Shown piece by piece: positions 57,796-64,000 of a stretch of DNA of 64,000 nt. The stretch covers positions 16,820,871-16,884,870 of the forward strand of contig NC_092676.1 in the NCBI RefSeq assembly GCF_964355755.1. The letters run 5' to 3'. Made by a program: the position numbers and the translations under genes. Each line of letters starts with the position of its first letter. The stretch's first letter is position 1. A model generated the notes under the pieces. It was not told where the DNA came from. It was given only the letters and a program-made list of their open reading frames with translations, and made no database searches. This DNA is from Antedon mediterranea. Its lineage: Eukaryota; Animalia; Echinodermata.

Positions 57796-60700
57796 ATGAT
57801 GCGTTGTAGATTTTTTGTAAGTAATATAATACACATTTATGTAAGGAAATATTATAAATAAGGGAAAAAATTAATCACCAATATAAAGTAAGTAAGTAAA
57901 TTTATTAGTTTTGGGAAGTTAAAAGGTACCGCTAAATCACTGGATGCTACACAATGTATATGAAAGGCGTCACAACCATCAATCTGTTTCGCTAAAAGTT
58001 GTTTTCATTGTATAGTTGCAGGCTCATTTCTTTAGCTCTTAGGGTAATATAAACTAAGTTACTAAGCCTTATTAAGAACAGACATGGCCAGCTGCTAAGA
58101 CTCTTACTGTGTGTAAGATGTGCACTATATCAAATACTCTAGATACTCTACTATTTCTAGAGTTAAACTATGGAATTTCAATTTACATTGCTTGACAAGA
58201 AAATTGTGTGAAAATGTAATGGAATTGTGATTGTAACTACTGTAAAATAGTTTTGCGTCAGGATAATTGGTCAGATGTTTGCCCAACCCTGACGTAATTT
58301 GTACTTTATATCAAGTACATTGGCAATACTTTCGAGAAAAAAAAAATCGCCAGGCTAGTCATCAGGAGGTCGTGTGGTTGAGTCCCGTCTGAGAATTACT
58401 TACTTGCAAGTATTATCAATGTACTTTATAAAAATATGGTATAAAGTACAAATTATGAGTAGGGTAAACATCTAACCAAAAATATAGGTATAATTTTTAG
58501 TATAACTTTATGATTATTTTTTACCAACTTTAGGTAATATTACTGTTGATGATTCATACAATTTTATCGGAAGGTAAATATATTTACAAATAAGTTTCAT
58601 GATTGATATTTGTGTTTATGTGGGATAACAACCAAATTAATTATCGTTTGTATCTACCGTTGGTCTGTCTATTAAAAAAATGTATTTGTTTTAAATTATT
58701 AAATAAATATTTAAAATTTGCTCTAGTAGGCCTACTTTCCGTTTACATTACCTATCTTTAAGATATCAAGAAGTCCTTTTTTAACAATATACTTCTTATG
58801 ACATGGCGTAAAATGACATTTAGATAATTGGATAAAAAAAACGTTGTCCTAAGACACTCTAGTGTGTTTCATTTCATTAGGGTTATGTTATATCTGATGA
58901 TCATTGGAAATGGAAATATTCTTCAGATGATTATCATCATGCATTTAAAAAATTAAAAATTCACAAGTTGGAAATTGGTTTTACCATTTTCTTGATTTTG
59001 GTTTAGTTATTTATAATTCAATTCAGCTTGGTTCATGCCAATCGTACAGAAATATTCCATCATCATTACATTCGTTTTGTCTTTATTTAAACAAACTGAG
59101 CCAATTAATTTTAGCTAAATGTTTATTTCCTATACCTTGATCTCAAGTTTCTTTTTAATTCTTTACATAGTAATTTTGGTTGTAATTATATAATTATAAT
59201 ATCTTTATTTTTATCCGTGTACCTTCTCGTAGATTAAAATCCAAATCCATCATGTTCCATTTGGGAGGGTGAATATCAAAAGGGATTTTTTGTGGATTAA
59301 ATACATTATATAATTCTTTTTTAGTTAAAGTCTAGATCTAGATGGGTCTATATCTATATTTGTTTACAGTCATTGAATGTATTTTATGTTAACCCTCCAG
59401 TTGGTTTTGGTTTTTGAAATAAAATAATAAATTATTATATAAATACAAACTGCTTTGTTCAATGCGCGGCGTGATGCTTAAACGGAAGACACATTTTTTT
59501 CTATAATTTGAAAAATCTATAAATGTATTATTTTATTATTAACTGTTGGTACAATTATATTAAATAACTATTTACTATCAATTAATTAAATAAATAAATA
59601 TTCAATTAGTATATCAACGTCAAATTAATTCAATACGATAATAGAAAACGTTTTTTTCAATTATTGAGTCTATAATTGTCCAGCCATGAACCTAAGGTAC
59701 ATACCGCCTTGTTTCCACATCAACAAACAAATACATTTGCCAAGCGTATAATTTAAAGTCGATTAGATTAACTTTGTTAATAACCAAAGCGGGACTTATA
59801 GAAATACTGCTTGTATACACTACATTTAAAGCTTCTAAAACATGTAAAATGTATTACAATATGTAGCAGTTAGGCCTACTGAATTCGATAAAAGGATTTA
59901 TCCCCACATCTAATTACATTGTTATATATAAGGTTATGTTTAATCAGTGGACATTGTCAACAATTTTACGCCTGCAAAAGGAAATTATGAGAAATGTTTT
60001 TTTTTTTTTTATTCAACAGAAGATTTAATAAATACATTATTTTCCTGAAATTAACGTTTGATACTTTCAAATGGCAATTCTATTTTCAAACATAATATAG
60101 TTTATCTAATAGATAATACCATTAACGCGTCCAAAGCAAAACGTTAAAGCCACATAAAAAATTATAAAAGTAAACTTTTAAACATTATTTAAAAATAATG
60201 ATACTACGAAAAAGCTACATTTGAAGGGAAATAGTGTTCTATTAAATAACTTTTTTTGCTTTAAAATCTTTAAAAAAAAAAGTAAACTACCAAGGTATCA
60301 CACTTCTAACATGAAAACATTTCTAAAAGTATAATTATATAGATAATAATAATTTCACTATGAAAAAGGTTTCTTAGTACAAACAAAAATACAGTTAATT
60401 GTTTCTAAATGTTCATATGTTTTGTATTATAGGTTTTAAACGATTGTAAATATTGCATTACTCTGAAAATAATATTGTCTATATTATTTTCGTATTTCTT
60501 TGCCAGAACAACCATTTGTGTTGATCTAGCGTTTAAATCTAATCAATATTTGTTAATCAAAAATATAAAATATAAGAAATATCCATTTTCAATGTTTATA
60601 TAATATTTTGTATTCTGAATTATATATGATTTTAAATATTGTATTATCACACAAGAGTATTGTCTAGTTCCTTTTCGTAAGCCTATTTCATTACCAGAAG

Positions 60701-62051
60701 AAGCCTTTGTGTTGATCATGGGTTTTAATAATCTATAATCAAGTTGAATAGAATTGAGTTTTATTAGGTTTTAGGTTGTTTTTAATTAACAAAGACGTTC
60801 ATAGTTTACATTGACGCCACACATTTCTCATAATACTTAGAGACCCGTCATTTTTGTAGTAAAAGTTGGAAAAAATGTAATTTTAGGTAAAATTTATATT
60901 CATAAATTCATAACAATAATATAATTTTAATAGGCCCGTAGTAATGTTAATATAACTATAAAACTAATAGACCAAAAAATATATTCTACACACTCCAAAC
61001 ACGCTCTTGCATATTCTTCTTTTCATGTGAACTCATATACGAATAATTTAACCTTGTAACAAAAGTCAATATTATATCATACACGTAAATTTAAAATCGT
61101 TGTTTATTAATAATCAATGATGCTTCTCGTATTTTAGGTCACGATTTTGTTGTAAAACCTGTTTTATAGATTTTGTGTAATGTTTTTAATAACACCGCGG
61201 AACTTAGCAACACAATATTGACAAATAACGACGTTATGTAATTCATAAATATTCATTCTATTATTTAAAAAAAATCATAATACACGTTTTTGGTCAGATG
61301 TTTTGCCCTACTCTGACGTAATTTGTACTTTATACTAAGTACATTTATAACACTTGCGAAAAAATTAATTCCCGAGATTTGTCAGAGTAGGGCAAAACAT
61401 CCGACCAATTCAAGAGTTACCACGGTAGTTAAAACACAACTAAAATAGACGTATTTATTTATCAATTTCGGTGTAAAATATAAAATGATACACAAAGCAG
61501 GAAAAGCTATAAAGTTTAGGATCGGCTGTTGCAATAATAATTAGATTAAAAAGTGGTGAAAGAGTATTTGTATTCTAGAATTATTTATTCATTTTAATGA
61601 CACATAAAAAAAGGAGATATGAGACATGAGCTGTCAAGAGCAACTATCGCCAAATGACCTGACCCTCCCACTAATTAATTATTGTGATTCTTGTTCTAAA
61701 ATGTTTATTACAAATTTAGCATTGTCTTTTTCATCAGGTGCTGTTTGCAATGAATATGCTGGCTATATTGCAGAAAGTAGTCTAGGTTATTTAAAATTTA
61801 GCTCATCATCTGAAGCATCAGAGCAAACTAAGGCAGACGAGGTGATATTGGATGGAACAAACTACTGGATGAAAGCAAACGACGACGAATCCGGATGGAT
61901 TCAGATAGATTTAGGATCAGATGTATCTATATTTGGTGTTATTACGCAAAGTAGTGGTATGACACCAGCTTCGTGGATTGACAAATTTAGTATACGATGT
62001 TTGGCAGAAGATGAAACCGATACAGAGGCAGAGGACTCAAACGGTAACAAG
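57796..62051 (+). CDS. 5' part of a secreted or membrane F5/8 type C (discoidin) domain protein; exons 57796-57816, 58534-58573, 61738-62051; continues beyond the window
   Basis: MMRCRFF|VILLLMIHTILSEG|AVCNEYAG...FSSSSE...YWMK...WIQIDLG...IFGVITQ...WIDKFSI. GT-AG boundaries with phases 0, 1, 0. The discoidin exon is solid; the two small signal exons are inferred. Confidence 0.75.
58269..58477. mobile_element. Palindromic MITE (TIR GGTCAGATGTTT)
   Basis: Inverted arms. A related copy lies at 61292-61406. Confidence 0.65.
61292..61406. mobile_element. Palindromic MITE (TIR GGTCAGATGTTTTGCCCTACTCTGAC)
   Basis: Near-perfect 26-bp TIR, same family as 58269-58477. Confidence 0.7.
61738..62051 (+). 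CDS. F5/8 type C domain exon
   Basis: tcatcag acceptor, AAG|gtaata donor, WIQIDLG and GVITQ motifs. Confidence 0.9.
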
Positions 62052-62560
62052 GTAATATTATAATATTGGTTTTTTTAATACATAGCAAAATAAGTGCATA
62101 ATGAAATGTGTTAGCAGTGCATTCATGATATGAATATAACTATAGTATGTATTTAGTACATAATTACATTATACATATGATTGTGTAATTGAGAAAATTA
62201 AGTGGAGTTGTGGCTTGGTGGTTATGATGCTTGTCTACCACTCCAAGGGTGGATGGATCACTCTCATTAAATATAGTTTTTAAAAAAACTTCATGTTGTG
62301 GGCATAATTGAAATGAAAGAATATATGTGAATAGGATAGATCCCGGTGTGCTCAATGCAATTGCAACAAGCCAGAGGTGTGGCATCTTCAAACGAAATCA
62401 GTCATAAGTATGATTTTCGAAATTGAGATTTTTACAAACACTAAAGTTACATTCATTGTTTTGAGAAAATAATAATGCTGGTAAAGTTAAGTAACAGGAA
62501 ATGACAAGAAGCACAAAAAAATAAACATGGCGATTATGTCCACACCTTAGAAACGTGTTG

Positions 62561-63374
62561 TTTTTAGTCGCGTGGAAGCGACTCTATAGTTCACTATGTC
62601 GGTCGGTCGGTCTGTCTGTCTGTCTGTCGGTCTGTCGGTCTGTCTGTCGGTCTGTCTGTCTGTCGGTCCGGTATCACTATGCGTTTTATCGCTTTATGAC
62701 CTTATCTTGATATCAGTTTAATCTAGCTAAATCAATTTTTCACAGAATATTCCTTATGGCCAGGAATCGATGTGGTTATGATTTCACGGTGCGCAATAAA
62801 AAAGTACGCGGTCTACGCACGATTTAACGAAATCACGTTTGTAATCATATCTTAACAACCATGAATCACAATTAAATAAAATTTGGTACTCATAAATTTC
62901 AGGACATAAATCATCATATGGCAATACAATTACGTGCGTAGCGCATGTAACGCATGCGTACGCGCGCCTAAAATTTTCAAAATTTATTTTCGATGAAATA
63001 AGAGTACGTTTCAGGCAATTTTAAGCGTTTACAAAATTGCCATGAGTGCGCAGATTTTTGCGCGCGCACTGCGCGTTAAATGTTATTGCGCCCTCTTTTT
63101 GCCCGATTTCTGTTTTCTTGACTTACTTTTCAACTCGAAATTACGTTATACGAGCACGTCAAAAGTGACAGGCTACGCACGTGTAAATTAAAAAAATATA
63201 AACGTTTTTAAACATTTCAACATTTTTAAACATGTTCAGTAATTTCGGTCAGTATAGTTCACTATGTCGGTCGGTCCGTCTGTCTGTCGGTCTGTCTGTC
63301 TGTCGGTCTGTTTGTCTGTCGGTCCGGTATCACTATGCATTGTAGCACGCGACTTAATGGCTGTTGGCCTTGTT
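62561..63374 (+). mobile_element. HINE/DINE-1-like element, intact copy 3
   Basis: TTTTTAGTCGCGTGGAAGCGACT...(GTCY)n...CACGCGACTTAATGGCTGTTGGCCTTGTT. Reverse complement of the interrupted copy at 8856-13253. Confidence 0.8.
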
Positions 63375-63627
63375 TTATTGTTGTATTTCAATGTAAATTT
63401 GCACAAGTGTTCACTCTAACTATTAAATAATAAAGTACGAATGAATTTAGCTGATTGTTGCTTTTGTGTACCTGTCGATAGAGAAGAATGGAAGATTGTG
63501 CGACATAATACTTGTAAATTGTATTTACGCCTTAGAGTATAATTATATTTCTTTCTATTATATTTCATGTCTACCGTATTTATTATGCAAGTTGCTATTG
63601 CAAAATGTAGTTGTAAATACAATAATA

Positions 63628-64000
63628 AGTCCACAGAACGTCTCGGGACTGTTTTTTCGGAACCACCCATTATTGCATTTCGTAGACCTCCCAACCTTCG
63701 TGATATATTAGTCAGATCCAACTTTAAGAGTGAAATTAACTCTCATGACAGCCAAAATGTGGGCAGTCACCTTTGCAGCAAATCTTGCAAAACTTGTTCA
63801 TTGGTTGATTCTACTGAAAATTTTAAGAGTAACCAAACTGGCCGCATTTTTCGGATAAGACAATCAATTAATTGTCTAACCAAAAACGTCATTTATCTCA
63901 TATACTGTAATATTTGTGGCAAACAGTACGTCAGAGAAACAAAAACACTCTCCGTATGAGAATGACACAACACAGATCAGCTATCAAAACATTCAAGCTT
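63628..64000 (+). mobile_element. Penelope-like retroelement fragment (linker plus GIY-YIG endonuclease), degenerate
   Basis: PPIIAFRRPPNLRDILVRS...CKTC...INCLTKNVIYLIYCNICGKQYVRET. A frameshift near 63950 precedes LRMRMTQHRSAIK, and YVG has become YVR. Confidence 0.85.

Overview
AT-rich eukaryotic DNA with spliceosomal GT-AG introns, from an invertebrate animal (an echinoderm-like marine deuterostome is my inference, not shown directly). There are no prokaryotic features. Main content: (1) A complete 36-exon adhesion GPCR on the minus strand (ATG 53229 to TAG 19790, 4950 nt, about 1649 aa). I assembled it by hand with consistent intron phases. Architecture: signal peptide, 293-aa Gly/Ser repeat, SUEL/rhamnose-binding lectin, two F5/8 type C (discoidin) domains, a Thr/Glu-rich stalk built partly from tandemly duplicated 42-nt microexons, GAIN/GPS, secretin-family 7TM, and a tail with PPSY and a terminal IEDL. 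(2) A divergent, head-to-head gene on the plus strand (signal peptide plus F5/8C exon) with a matching exon-phase pattern, continuing past the window. (3) The first coding exon of an unidentified minus-strand gene at the left edge. (4) A very recent Gmr1-like Gypsy LTR element with an internal deletion (apparently identical 459-bp LTRs, 5-bp TSD, an array of tRNA-Leu PBS copies), nested in a Helentron-associated (DINE-1/HINE-like) element. (5) Many non-autonomous DNA elements (HINEs, Harbinger/Kolobok/pogo-like MITEs, a foldback element, hairpin elements, one element with RSS-like asymmetric ends), minisatellites and a Penelope GIY-YIG fragment. The most unusual items are the receptor architecture with its microexon array, the graded PBS array and the RSS-like element. 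All of this was read by eye and needs computational confirmation.
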